A DNA stretch of 64,000 nucleotides, from assembly GCA_963666975.2 (NCBI GenBank), contig CAXVYR010000004.1:1024001-1088000 (forward strand). Direction: 5' to 3'. Made by a program: the position numbers and the translations under genes. The notes under the pieces are model-generated. The model did no database searches. It was not told the origin of the DNA and saw nothing but the letters and a program-made list of their open reading frames with translations. The stretch comes from Terriglobia bacterium (GTDB taxonomy: Bacteria > Acidobacteriota > Terriglobia > 2-12-FULL-54-10). Positions 20,561 to 31,943 of the stretch are shown piece by piece (position 1 is the first letter of the stretch; each line of letters starts with the position of its first letter).

Positions 20561-21430
20561 ATGTTCCCCGCAAATTTTGAGTATCGATGCCCCGCGAACA
20601 TCTCAGAGGCGCTCGGCCTGCTGAGTGAACACGGCGAGAACGCCAAGCTTCTGGCCGGAGGGCAGAGCCTGATCCCGATACTCAAGCTGCGGCTGGCGGA
20701 ACCCCAATTGCTGGTGGATATCGGGCGGCTGGCGGAACTGCGGGAAATCCGGGAGACGGACGATTCTTTCCAGATCGGCAGCCTGGTGCGGCACGTGGAG
20801 ATTGAACGCTCCCAGCTTCTGGCGCGGGCCTGTCCGCTGCTGCCGGAGACGGCTTCGGAGATCGGCGACGTGCAGGTGCGCAATCGCGGCACCTTCGGCG
20901 GCAGCCTGGCCCACGCCGACCCGGCGGGAGATTTTCCGGCGGCGGCGCTGGCGCTAGAGGCGCGGCTTACGGCCTCAAGCACCGATGGGCAACGGAGCAT
21001 TGCAGCGCAGGATTTCTTTACTGGCCTGATGACGACCGCGCTCCGCCCCAATGAGATTCTGACCTCGATTGCCGTCCCGAAGCAGGGAGCGCGCAGCGGC
21101 TCGGCGTACGTCAAGCTGCACCAGCAGGCTTCCGGCTTTGCTATCGTCGGCGTGGCCTCGATTGTGAAGCTCGATGCAGCGGGCAAGGTGGAGGACGTCC
21201 GTGTGGGAGTCACCGGCGTTGCGGACAGGCCTTACCGGGCGAGGGGCGTAGAAGAGAGGCTGCGCGGGAGAGTTGCAGGCAGCAAGGAAATCCGCGAGGC
21301 TGCTGCGCTCGCCGCCGACGGGGTGGAGCCGCTCGGCGACATCCACGCCTCAGAAGAATACCGCAAGGACTTAGCCACCGTGTTTACGGCCCGGTCGCTG
21401 TTCAAGGCGGTGGAGCGGGCGAGAGGGTAG
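20561..21430 (+). CDS. coxM: Molybdo-hydroxylase FAD subunit (CoxM-like)
   Basis: LAGGQSL, QVRNRGTFGGS, HADPAGD. Confidence 0.9.
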   Translation: MFPANFEYRCPANISEALGLLSEHGENAKLLAGGQSLIPILKLRLAEPQLLVDIGRLAELREIRETDDSFQIGSLVRHVEIERSQLLARACPLLPETASEIGDVQVRNRGTFGGSLAHADPAGDFPAAALALEARLTASSTDGQRSIAAQDFFTGLMTTALRPNEILTSIAVPKQGARSGSAYVKLHQQASGFAIVGVASIVKLDAAGKVEDVRVGVTGVADRPYRARGVEERLRGRVAGSKEIREAAALAADGVEPLGDIHASEEYRKDLATVFTARSLFKAVERARG

Positions 21431-21475
21431 GTGAAAAATCCACGGCAAATTGAAGCTGCCAATTTCCTTCCAGTT

Positions 21476-22042
21476 TCACGCCCTATACCGCTCCATGATC
21501 TTGTCCCACTTGCCCTGAGCGCGGAGGATGAAATCGAGCGCCTCCCGCACCGCGCCCCGGCCGCCTTCCCGCCGGGTGACCATGTGGCAAACTTCTTTGA
21601 TTTCAGGCTGGGCGTTGGCAGGTCCCACGGCGAAGCCGACACGCCTTAAAACGGGCAGGTCCTGCAGGTCATCGCCGATATACCCGATCCGCCTGTCCTC
21701 CAGCTTCACCGCCGCGCGAACTTTTTCGTAGGTTTCGAGTTTGTTCCAGCTTCCCTGCTCGACAATTTCCATACCCAATTCTTTGGCGCGCGCCGTGACG
21801 CTTTCCGAGCGGCGGCCCGTGATGATCCCCGTCCGCAGGCCCACGCGATGTACAAACGTGATGCCTACGCCGTCGCCCACGTCGAACATTTTCACCTCTT
21901 GCGGCTCGCCTTGCTGGTTGGGGATAAGAATGATGCGCCCGTCGGTCATCACGCCGTCCACGTCCATCAGGATCAACTCGACGCGCCGTGCACGCTCTTC
22001 TGCGTCAGCACTGTAATAAGGGCTGCGATAGGCTTCAGTCAT
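21476..22042 (-). CDS. kdsC: KDO 8-phosphate phosphatase
   Basis: DVDGVMTDG, IGDDLQD, GGRGAVRE. Confidence 0.95.
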   Translation of the reverse strand: MTEAYRSPYYSADAEERARRVELILMDVDGVMTDGRIILIPNQQGEPQEVKMFDVGDGVGITFVHRVGLRTGIITGRRSESVTARAKELGMEIVEQGSWNKLETYEKVRAAVKLEDRRIGYIGDDLQDLPVLRRVGFAVGPANAQPEIKEVCHMVTRREGGRGAVREALDFILRAQGKWDKIMERYRA

Positions 22043-22062
22043 AGGTGATCAGGAGACAGGAA

Positions 22063-23172
22063 TCAGAACATCTGCGTAGTCCACAGGTCATGGATTTGGA
22101 GCAGGCCTTCGAGACGCCCTTGTTCGTCTACAACCGGGAGAAAGGTAATTTTCCGGGACTCCATCAGGTTCAGCGCGCGCGCGGCCAGCTCCCTGCGGCC
22201 GATGCTCAGCGGATTGCGCGTCATGCACTCGCCGGCAGTCACAGCAGTCATCAAGTTTTCCTTGGATCGGAGCAGCCGCCGGAGGTCGCCGTCGGAGATG
22301 ACACCCACAAGCTTCTGTCCGTCCTCGACGACCCCATTTTTGACAACCCCGTCCTTGACGACCACATCCTTAACAACCATGGTCATGCCGAATCCCTTGC
22401 GCGACATCTCCTCGACGGCCTTCGCCATTGGGTCTTCGGGCCGCACGACGGGGACAGCCTCCCCCTCGTGCATCAGGTGCTCCACCCGCTTCAGCTTGCG
22501 CCCCAGCGCCCCGCCCGGATGCAGTTCGGCGAAATCCTTCTCCTGGAAACCCTTCCGCTCCAGCATCACCACCGCCAGCGCGTCGCCCATGGCGAGCGAA
22601 GCCGTTGTGCTGGCCGTCGGGGCCAAGTTCAGCAGGCAGGCTTCCTTTTCAATGCTGACGTCGAGCATCACGTCGCTGGCGCGGGCCAGCGTGGACTCCG
22701 GGTTGCCGGTCATGCTGATCAACGGAATGCCCAGCCGCTTGACGCGCTCCAAAAGCCGGATGAGTTCTTCCGTCTCCCCGCTGTAGGAAAGCGCCACCAC
22801 GGCGTCGCCCCGGACCATCATGCCCAGGTCCCCGTGGATGGCTTCGGCGGGATGCAGGAAAAAAGACGGGGTGCCGGTGCTGGAAAACGTGGCCGCGATC
22901 TTCTTGGCCACCAGGCCGGACTTGCCCATTCCGGTGACGATGACGCGGCCGCTGATGCCGGAGAGCAACTCCACGGCCTGCTCAAAGCTGCTGTCCAGCC
23001 GCTCGACCAGCGCGGCGACTGCCCGCGCCTCGGTCTCGAGCACCTTGCGGGCGGTATCGAGTACAGCGGAACCGGATGGAAGCGGCTGCCTCGATGAGAC
23101 GGAATGCCCAGACTGGCTTGGCGGAACCGTTCTCTTGACGGCGGTTGGGCGCTTTGTCTTTCTCACAGCCAT
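22063..23172 (-). CDS. kdsD: Arabinose-5-phosphate isomerase (SIS + CBS)
   Basis: GMGKSG, HGDLG, LAPTAST, HPGGALG. Confidence 0.95.
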   Translation of the reverse strand: MAVRKTKRPTAVKRTVPPSQSGHSVSSRQPLPSGSAVLDTARKVLETEARAVAALVERLDSSFEQAVELLSGISGRVIVTGMGKSGLVAKKIAATFSSTGTPSFFLHPAEAIHGDLGMMVRGDAVVALSYSGETEELIRLLERVKRLGIPLISMTGNPESTLARASDVMLDVSIEKEACLLNLAPTASTTASLAMGDALAVVMLERKGFQEKDFAELHPGGALGRKLKRVEHLMHEGEAVPVVRPEDPMAKAVEEMSRKGFGMTMVVKDVVVKDGVVKNGVVEDGQKLVGVISDGDLRRLLRSKENLMTAVTAGECMTRNPLSIGRRELAARALNLMESRKITFLPVVDEQGRLEGLLQIHDLWTTQMF

Positions 23173-23180
23173 GGCAGAAT

Positions 23181-23288
23181 CATTCTCCCGACAATCTTCC
23201 CGGCCATCTTTACAGCCCTTGTCACAACCCTTGTCACAATTATTTATTCAACTATTTATACAACTGTCTTTACGCCTATTTTACAGCC
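23181..23288. repeat. About 9 degenerate 12-bp tandem units between kdsA and kdsD
   Basis: For example CCTTGTCACAAC/CCTTGTCACAAT and TATTTATTCAAC/TATTTATACAAC. Confidence 0.7.
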
Positions 23289-24126
23289 AGGGCCGCACCA
23301 CGCGGTCCATCTCCAGCAAACGCTCCAGAAGGCGCGCGAGTTGCGAAAGCGGCAAGGCGTTGGCGCCGTCCGATAGCGCAGCGGCGGGATCGTCATGCAC
23401 CTCCATGAAGAGGCCGTCCACTCCCGCTCCCACGCCGGCGCGGGCCAGCGGTTCAATGAACTCCGGCTGGCCGCCGCTCGCCGTGCCCGCTCCGCCCGGC
23501 AACTGCACGCTGTGGGTGACGTCGAGCACCACCGGGTAGCCAAAGCCCCGCAGAACGGGCAGCGAGCGCATATCCACCACCAGGTTATTATAGCCGAACG
23601 AAGAACCGCGCTCGGTAACGAGTATCTTCTCGTTGCCCGTGCTGCGTATCTTCTCCACGCCGTGCCGCACCTCCTGCGGCGAGACGAACTGCCCCTTCTT
23701 GATATTCACCGCGGCCCCACTGCGTCCGGCGGCAACCAGCAGGTCCGTCTGCCGGGAAAGGAAGGCGGGAATCTGGATGACGTCGCAGACCCCGGCTACG
23801 GCCTCGACTTGTGAAACCTCATGGACGTCGGTCAGCACGGGGACGCCTGTCTCCTGCTTCACGCGCCGGAGAGCTTCGAGGCCTTTCTCCAGGCCCGGCC
23901 CGCGATAGGACTGGAGGCTGGTGCGGTTGGCTTTGTCAAAGGAGCTTTTGAAGATCAGCGGAAGCTTCAGGCGGCGGGTGATCTTCGAGATGGCATCCGC
24001 CATGCGGAGGACGTGCTCGTCGCTTTCGATGACGCAAGGACCGGCAATCAGGAACAGGGAAGATCCCCCTCCTGCCGGAACGCCCCCCACTGAGCCCCCC
24101 ACGAAAATGGGTTGGTGTTCGCTCAT
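23281..24126 (-). CDS. kdsA: KDO 8-phosphate synthase
   Basis: AGPCVIE, FDKANRTS, PAFLSRQT, KKGQF, DVTHS. Confidence 0.96.
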   Translation of the reverse strand: MSEHQPIFVGGSVGGVPAGGGSSLFLIAGPCVIESDEHVLRMADAISKITRRLKLPLIFKSSFDKANRTSLQSYRGPGLEKGLEALRRVKQETGVPVLTDVHEVSQVEAVAGVCDVIQIPAFLSRQTDLLVAAGRSGAAVNIKKGQFVSPQEVRHGVEKIRSTGNEKILVTERGSSFGYNNLVVDMRSLPVLRGFGYPVVLDVTHSVQLPGGAGTASGGQPEFIEPLARAGVGAGVDGLFMEVHDDPAAALSDGANALPLSQLARLLERLLEMDRVVRPWL

Positions 24127-24179
24127 GCGATCCGGCCCGCCAGGGCTGCTCCCGTCTGTCTTAGTGACTGAGTGATTTG

Positions 24180-25865
<1,686 letters not shown>

Positions 25866-26201
25866 CAAACCTCCTCGAACAAAGTAGCCTGGGTTCTTAC
25901 GGCGGCTCCCACGGCAGTCCCCGAACCCTGGCTGGCCCCAGCGCATTCCGAGCATTCAACCGAGGTGGACATTTCTAAACAGGCGCGGTGAAAAAACCAG
26001 CGAATCCAGTAAATCCGGGGAAGCCCTTGAAGCAATTCCCTTTGCAGGTTTTCCGGCAGGGCTTGGACCCGCCCGACACCCGTAAAAAAGTCATTTTATC
26101 ACATGGCGTTGTTCTATAGTAGAATCGTTACAGGTTGTTAGGCTCAGTGGCCTGTTATATGATGAAGGCTTCTGAGATGGACGTTCCCTCTGAGGACTAC
26201 G

Positions 26202-27146
26202 ATGGTCCAGAACCGCAAGATCGGATGCGTGGCGGCTTTCCTGTTGCTGGTTTTCTCCGGCGGTGATCTCCGCTCGCAGACCGATGTCGCCGAAACCAGA
26301 GAGCGTCCCATCCGCGTGGACGTGGAGCTGGTGCTGGTCAACGTGAGCGTCATTGATCCCTACAACCGTTTCGTCACCGGCCTCGGAAAAGAACACTTCC
26401 AAATCTTCGAGGACAAAAAGAAACAGCCTGTTCTGCACTTTTCCAACGAAGACGTCCCCATCTCGATCGGTCTGCTCTTTGACGCCAGCGGAAGCATGTC
26501 CGGCAAAATGGACAAAGCGCGGATGGCGGTGCAGCAGTTCTTTCGCACCTCAAACCAGGAAGACGAATTTTTCCTGATAGACTTCAACGACCGGCCTCAC
26601 CACGTGGTCGACTTCACCCCGGATGTGGATTTGCTCCAGAGCAAGCTGAGCTTTACCGAGGCCAAGGGCCGCACCGCGTTGCTCGACGCCATCTATCTGG
26701 GGTTGAACGAAATGCGCAAAGCACGACACACCCGCAAAGTGCTGCTCGTCATCTCCGATGGAGGCGATAATCACAGCCGGTATACGGAACGGGATATCAA
26801 GCGCGTGGTGCGGGAAGCCGATGTGCAGATTTACGCCGTAGGGATCTATGAGCCGTACTCCAGCCGCAGCCGCACGCCGGAAGAGCTTGCCGGACCTTCC
26901 CTGCTGACCGAGATTGCGGAGATGACGGGAGGACGGCAATTCCCGGTGGAAAACCTGAACGACTTGCCGGACATCGCGCGGAAAATCGGACGGGAGCTGC
27001 GGAACCTCTACGTCGTCGGATATGCCCCCAGCAATGCCAAGCGGGATGGGAAGTGGCGGAAGATACAGGTCAAATTGAACCCGCCCAGGGGACTGCCGCC
27101 GCTCCACCTCTATAACAAATCCGGGTATTATGCGCCGTTGCAATAA
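26202..27146 (+). CDS. Secreted VWA-domain protein (acidobacterial type)
   Basis: Signal peptide; MIDAS DASGS, TALLDA, ISDG. Confidence 0.88.
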   Translation: MVQNRKIGCVAAFLLLVFSGGDLRSQTDVAETRERPIRVDVELVLVNVSVIDPYNRFVTGLGKEHFQIFEDKKKQPVLHFSNEDVPISIGLLFDASGSMSGKMDKARMAVQQFFRTSNQEDEFFLIDFNDRPHHVVDFTPDVDLLQSKLSFTEAKGRTALLDAIYLGLNEMRKARHTRKVLLVISDGGDNHSRYTERDIKRVVREADVQIYAVGIYEPYSSRSRTPEELAGPSLLTEIAEMTGGRQFPVENLNDLPDIARKIGRELRNLYVVGYAPSNAKRDGKWRKIQVKLNPPRGLPPLHLYNKSGYYAPLQ

Positions 27147-28233
27147 AGCTCACCGACCGCCTGCCAAGGTCTTTTTTCCTGGGTTTGCCCGAAAAGCCTT
27201 TCCCTCGCTTTGCGCCCTTCTGTTCCTGCTGCCGGCTGCGCTTTGGGCGCAAGGACAGCAAGCGAATGCGGTTCTCGCCGACAACCTTGCCGATAACAAT
27301 GACGCAACACGAGCGGCAAAGTCCCCGGACTCGGTTCCGCCCGCCCGGAATGCCAGCCAGCAGGAAGGGTTCCGCCTGCGCGTGGAAACGGACCTGGTGG
27401 TATTGCACGCCACCGTGCTCGACAAAATGGGGAAGCCGGTTACCGAGCTGACCCGGGACCACTTCCAGGTTTACGAAAACAATGTGGAGCAGCAACTGAA
27501 GGTCTTCAAACAGGAGGACACTCCCGTTTCGGTGGGAATCCTCGTGGACAACAGCGGCAGCATGCGGGACAAGCGAAAAGGGGTCAACGCGGCGGCTCTC
27601 CAGTTTGTCCGGTCGAGCCATCCTATGGATGAAGTCTTCATAGTGAACTTCAACGATGAGCCGTTCCTGGACACCGATTTCACCGACAACCTCAAGCTGC
27701 TGGAGGAAGGCCTGGAAAAAATCGATTCGCGCGGCGGCACGGCGCTTTACAGCGCGATTGACGCCTCGCTGAAGCACCTGAGCGAAAAAGGCACACGGGA
27801 CAAGAAAGTCCTGCTGGCCGTAACCGACGGAGAGGACAACGCCAGCCGCTTGTCTTTAGAGGAGATCGTCCAGGCCGTGCAACGCTCCGATGCCGTCATC
27901 TACACGGTGGGGCTGCTCAGCGGCGAAAGTTCCCGCTCGGTGCGGAGAACCAAACGGGCGCTGGAGGCCATCTCTCAAGCGAGCGGCGGGAAGGCCTACT
28001 TCCCCGGAAGTCTCAGCGAGGTTCAGAGCATCGCCAGCAACATTGCCGCCGATATTCGAAATCAATATGTCCTGGCGTACACACCCACCGCTTTGGTCAA
28101 GGACGGAGCTTTTCGCAAAGTGGAAGTAAAGCTCCGCGCCCCGAGAAAATACGGCAAACTTTCCGTTCGCACCCGCACCGGCTATTACGCCGACCCGCAA
28201 TCGGGTGACCAAGCCAGAGCCGACAGTCTGTAA
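27130..28233 (+). CDS. Secreted VWA-domain protein, paralogue of the preceding gene
   Basis: DNSGS, TALYSA, VTDG, YVLAY, RTRTGYY. Start uncertain. Confidence 0.88.
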   Translation: MRRCNKAHRPPAKVFFPGFARKAFPSLCALLFLLPAALWAQGQQANAVLADNLADNNDATRAAKSPDSVPPARNASQQEGFRLRVETDLVVLHATVLDKMGKPVTELTRDHFQVYENNVEQQLKVFKQEDTPVSVGILVDNSGSMRDKRKGVNAAALQFVRSSHPMDEVFIVNFNDEPFLDTDFTDNLKLLEEGLEKIDSRGGTALYSAIDASLKHLSEKGTRDKKVLLAVTDGEDNASRLSLEEIVQAVQRSDAVIYTVGLLSGESSRSVRRTKRALEAISQASGGKAYFPGSLSEVQSIASNIAADIRNQYVLAYTPTALVKDGAFRKVEVKLRAPRKYGKLSVRTRTGYYADPQSGDQARADSL

Positions 28234-28382
28234 CGGAGACGCCGCCGGCAGCAGCAGGGTGGCTTGCATCCGCGATACCATGTATTGAAAACCTGCGAAG
28301 GCGGGGACGGATTTCCAGCTTTGACGATCCTGCCCCTTGAGGGGGAGGGAGCGGACTCAAACCCACTCAAGGAGAATTACTC

Positions 28383-29285
28383 ATGCGCAGGCTAGGAACT
28401 TCTTTTTATGGCGGCCCCGGATTGGCCGGCTATGGGAAAGCTCCGGTTGGTTTTTCCAATACGCGGCAAGCTTGCTCCACTATCCGAGCACGAGCCGGAT
28501 TTCTTTTGCTTGCGTTGCTGGCCGCTCTGGGCTGTTCCTCGCAAGCTCCCCCCAGCCAGCAGCAAGTATTGCCGCCCGACCCCGGCAAGGAAGTCGCAAC
28601 GAGGATGATTGAAGCGCATGGCGGGCTGGAGAGATGGCAGTCCGCGCCCACGGTCAGCTTTGAGGTCGCGCCGCAACCCTCCGGGGCGGTTACTCGCGTG
28701 ACGGTGGAACAAGGAGCGCGCCGCGCCTACCATGATTTTCCAGGGACCGATACGCGGCTCTCCTGGGACGGCAACCAAGCCTGGAGCGAGAATTGGACGA
28801 GCCGTCAGTCTCCCCGGTTTGCCGCGCTGCTGAATTACTACTTTATGAATCTTCCCTGGCTGACGGCGGACCCCGGCGTGATCCTCGGCGAGCCCGAAAC
28901 CGGCACGCTCCTGGACGATCCGACTGAATATATCACCGTGCGGATGAGCTTTGAACCCGGCGTGGGAGATACGCCCGAGGACACTTATCTTCTGTATATT
29001 GACCCGACCAGCTATCGCCTGCACGCAACCGAGTTCACCGTCACCTATGGCCGCGCAGAAGCAAGCGAGCCGCGAGTGCTTGTTTACGAAGATTACACGA
29101 CGGTGGATGGGTTGACGGTTCCGACCAAGGCTGTTTCCTACAGAAAAGACGGTTCGTCTTCGGGCATCCGAGAGGTACGCAACTGGTCCTTTAGCGCATC
29201 CTTCGATGAATCGCGGATGGTGATGCCCGCAGATGCGGTGCTCGATACCTCCAGCCCCACCCCGGAGGGCGAAGCGCCACAATAA
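28383..29285 (+). CDS. Putative lipoprotein of unknown function
   Basis: Lipobox LAALG-C; AAGGAG ribosome-binding site upstream. Confidence 0.7.
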   Translation: MRRLGTSFYGGPGLAGYGKAPVGFSNTRQACSTIRARAGFLLLALLAALGCSSQAPPSQQQVLPPDPGKEVATRMIEAHGGLERWQSAPTVSFEVAPQPSGAVTRVTVEQGARRAYHDFPGTDTRLSWDGNQAWSENWTSRQSPRFAALLNYYFMNLPWLTADPGVILGEPETGTLLDDPTEYITVRMSFEPGVGDTPEDTYLLYIDPTSYRLHATEFTVTYGRAEASEPRVLVYEDYTTVDGLTVPTKAVSYRKDGSSSGIREVRNWSFSASFDESRMVMPADAVLDTSSPTPEGEAPQ

Positions 29286-29395
29286 TGCAAGACGGCGGCG
29301 CCAAACCTTGGTGGGTAGTGCCACAGGGAATGGGCTGCGCTGGACCTGTTTCCGTGAAGGTATATAACAAGTCTGGCTATTGACAACCCGATTCA

Positions 29396-29472
29396 GAGCC
29401 GCGACTCCTTCGGCTTCGCTCAGGGCAGGCCGTGAGGGAGCGGTCAAATGGTGTTTTTCAACAACCTGCTAA
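29396..29472. repeat. Composite repeat: GAGCCGCGA..CCGTGAGGGAGCGG interrupted by a 25-bp insert, followed by an IS-end-like GTTTTTCAACAACCTGCTA
   Basis: Uninterrupted form at 46544-46567; reverse-complement relative of the insert at about 40241-40264. Confidence 0.6.
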
Positions 29473-29494
29473 CGAAGGGAGAAACAGATCGAGC

Positions 29495-30382
29495 ATGGCT
29501 GCAACACAAGACATCTCAGCGGAATTTCCTTTCCAGCCGCGCTATGCCGAGGTCCACGGTTCCCAGATGCACTACCTGGAGGAAGGGTCGGGAGACCCGA
29601 TTCTGTTCCTTCATGGCAATCCCACTTCTTCCTACCTGTGGCGCAATATCATCCCGCACATGACCTCCCAGGGACGGTGCATCGCTCCGGATTTAATCGG
29701 GATGGGAAAATCGGGCAAGCCTGGCATCGACTACCGTTTTGCAGATCATGCAAAGTACATCGACGGTTTCATCGAAAGGCTGGGGTTGAAGAACATTACT
29801 TTGGTGGTGCACGACTGGGGTTCGGCGCTCGGCTTCCATTACGCCGCGCGGCACGAGAGCAACGTCAAAGCGATTGCCTTCCTGGAGGCGATTGTTCTCC
29901 CTGTGCCCAGTTGGGATATGTTCCCTCCTGATTTTAGAAAACTCTTCCAGGCCTTCCGGACGGCAGGGATCGGTTGGGACATGATTGTGAACAAGAACGT
30001 GTTCGTGGAGCGCACCCTGCCCGGAGGAGTGCTTCGGAAACTCAGCGAAGAGGAGATGAACCACTACCGGGAGCCATTCCTGGAGCCAGCCAGCCGCAAG
30101 CCGGTCTGGCGCTGGCCTAACGAAATCCCGATTGAAGGCGAGCCAGCCGCCGTGGTCCGCATCGTTGAGACCTATAATGCTCATCTGCAACAATCAGACA
30201 TGCCCAAGCTTCTGTTTTACGCCACTCCCGGAGCAATTACTCCAGCGCCGATGGTGGAATGGTGCAAGCAGAACCTGAAAAACCTGAAAACAGTGGATCT
30301 CGGGCCGGGTATTCACTTCCTGCAAGAAGACAATCCGCACTGGATCGGTTCCGAACTGCGCGAGTGGTATAGCTCCCTGTAA
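29495..30382 (+). CDS. dhaA: Haloalkane dehalogenase (DhaA/LinB-like)
   Basis: HGNPTSSYLWRN, VHDWGS, FLEA, HFLQED. Confidence 0.9.
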   Translation: MAATQDISAEFPFQPRYAEVHGSQMHYLEEGSGDPILFLHGNPTSSYLWRNIIPHMTSQGRCIAPDLIGMGKSGKPGIDYRFADHAKYIDGFIERLGLKNITLVVHDWGSALGFHYAARHESNVKAIAFLEAIVLPVPSWDMFPPDFRKLFQAFRTAGIGWDMIVNKNVFVERTLPGGVLRKLSEEEMNHYREPFLEPASRKPVWRWPNEIPIEGEPAAVVRIVETYNAHLQQSDMPKLLFYATPGAITPAPMVEWCKQNLKNLKTVDLGPGIHFLQEDNPHWIGSELREWYSSL

Positions 30383-30418
30383 TCAGCAGAACTCCGTGCG
30401 AGAAGCATGGGAAGCGAC

Positions 30419-30652
30419 TAGACCTGTTTTAGAGTTCATGTATCCCATATTGCGTTCTTGTCAGGGCACGGTTTTAACCGTGCCGCCACCCGGATCACGA
30501 CAGCGGCTTCAGCCGCTGAGGTCGGGGTTAAGTCGCTGGAACAAGCAGAGTTCAAAACTCACCTCAGGCGCTAAAGCGCACTTGGCTGGAGAGCGTTTCG
30601 GCACGGCTGAAGCCGTGCCCTGACGGGATACACAATTCATAAAACCGGTCTA
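30419..30652 (+). mobile_element. 234-bp MITE, copy 1
   Basis: Terminal inverted repeats TAGACCTGTTTT / AAAACCGGTCTA; near-identical inverted copy at 40267-40500. Confidence 0.85.
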
Positions 30653-31075
30653 ACCATCTATAACGGCGTCGGCGCTGTCAAGATACACCCATCGCTTTGT
30701 GAGCCGGGAGCAGGGTCCAGGGCGGCCCGCGAATACACCACCCCCGCGCTGGTTGCGGCCATCGTGGAAAGTCTCGGTAAAAGCGCCCGGTAAATCTGCG
30801 AAGGCATCCCAAAAGAGGCCATGGCGAACCGGGCTTGAACCGACCAGACGGCCAGCGTATGCGCTTGAGCGAATGGGAAGACCAAAGATTTGGCTCTTCT
30901 GCCGCCTATTGGAGAATCATGCGAAGTCGGCGAAGAAGTGGTTGACATGTGTTGGAGCGCTGACGCAGGAATCTCTGCGCCGTAAGTACGCGCGGTCGGG
31001 GAGGCATTGGAGAACTGCTTCTGTGATCTGTGATTGCTATCACAGGCCAATAGCGGGAGTAAAAGACGGTATCTC

Positions 31076-31861
31076 CTATTTCCCGGAGAACTTGGGAGGC
31101 CGCTTCTCGCGGAAGGCCCGGAAGCCTTCCTGAACATCCTCGGTTTGCAGCAGGATGCTCTGCCCCAGGCGTTCCAGCGCCCGGCCGGTGGCCGCATCGA
31201 CGCTGAGAGCCGTGTTGATCATCTGCTTGGCCATGCCCACCGCCAGCGGCGCACGCCTGCCGATCTTTTCTCCGTACTCTCTTATCTTGGCCGGCATCTG
31301 ACCGGCGGGGACCACGGCATGGATCAGCCCGATCTGTTTCGCCTCGGCGGCGGAGATCAGCTCTCCGGTCAGGATCATCTCTTTGGCCACTCCCACCCCC
31401 ACCAGCCGGGCCAGTCGGGAGCATCCGCCCGAGCCCGGTATGATGCCCGCATTGACCTCCGGAAAGCCGAAGCGCGCCTCCTCCACCGCGACGCGCAGGT
31501 CGCAGGAGATGGCAAACTCCAGCCCGCCGCCCACGCATACGCCGTTGATGGCGGCGAGAACCGGCTTCTCCAGCTCTTCCAAAGCGTCAAACACATCGTG
31601 AGCGTACCGGGCCTGGATGCGAAATCGATGCGTCTGCGTGTCCGGGGTAAACCAGTTCAGGTCCGCGCCGACGGAGAACGCCCTTCCCTCGCCGGTGAAA
31701 ACAACCAGCCGGACATCGTCTTGCTTGCCGATGGCGTCCAGAGCCGTCTTCACCTCTTCGAGCATCTGGCCGTCCCAGGCGTTCAGTTTTTTCGGCACGC
31801 GGAACGTGACGGTGGCGATTTGGCCGGCGGTCTCCAAGGTGATCTTTTGAAAATCCATCAT
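31076..31861 (-). CDS. Enoyl-CoA hydratase/isomerase family protein
   Basis: AFSVGADL, GGGLE, FGFPEVNAGIIPG. Confidence 0.93.
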   Translation of the reverse strand: MMDFQKITLETAGQIATVTFRVPKKLNAWDGQMLEEVKTALDAIGKQDDVRLVVFTGEGRAFSVGADLNWFTPDTQTHRFRIQARYAHDVFDALEELEKPVLAAINGVCVGGGLEFAISCDLRVAVEEARFGFPEVNAGIIPGSGGCSRLARLVGVGVAKEMILTGELISAAEAKQIGLIHAVVPAGQMPAKIREYGEKIGRRAPLAVGMAKQMINTALSVDAATGRALERLGQSILLQTEDVQEGFRAFREKRPPKFSGK

Positions 31862-31897
31862 CTGATGCGGCCCCCTATCGGGTTTGAGAAGATTCTC

Positions 31898-31943
31898 ATA
31901 CTATTCGGCTGCGGCGAGGCTGTCAAACTTATGGATGCCATAA
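31898..31943 (-). promoter_or_regulatory. Sigma70-like promoter with an adjacent palindromic operator candidate
   Basis: TTGACA-N17-TAGTAT on the minus strand; TTATGG-ATG-CCATAA at 31929-31943. Confidence 0.55.

Noticed and set aside
30396-30623. Duplicated small ORF (matching part of 40296..40793) and the N-terminal extension of 40471..41850
   Set aside because: They are read out of the 234-bp MITE and are not genes.
30720-31026. Fragments resembling a HemD C-terminus (AAREYTTPALVAAIV) and a HEAT repeat (AYALERMG)
   Set aside because: Too short to support without a search; probably gene debris.
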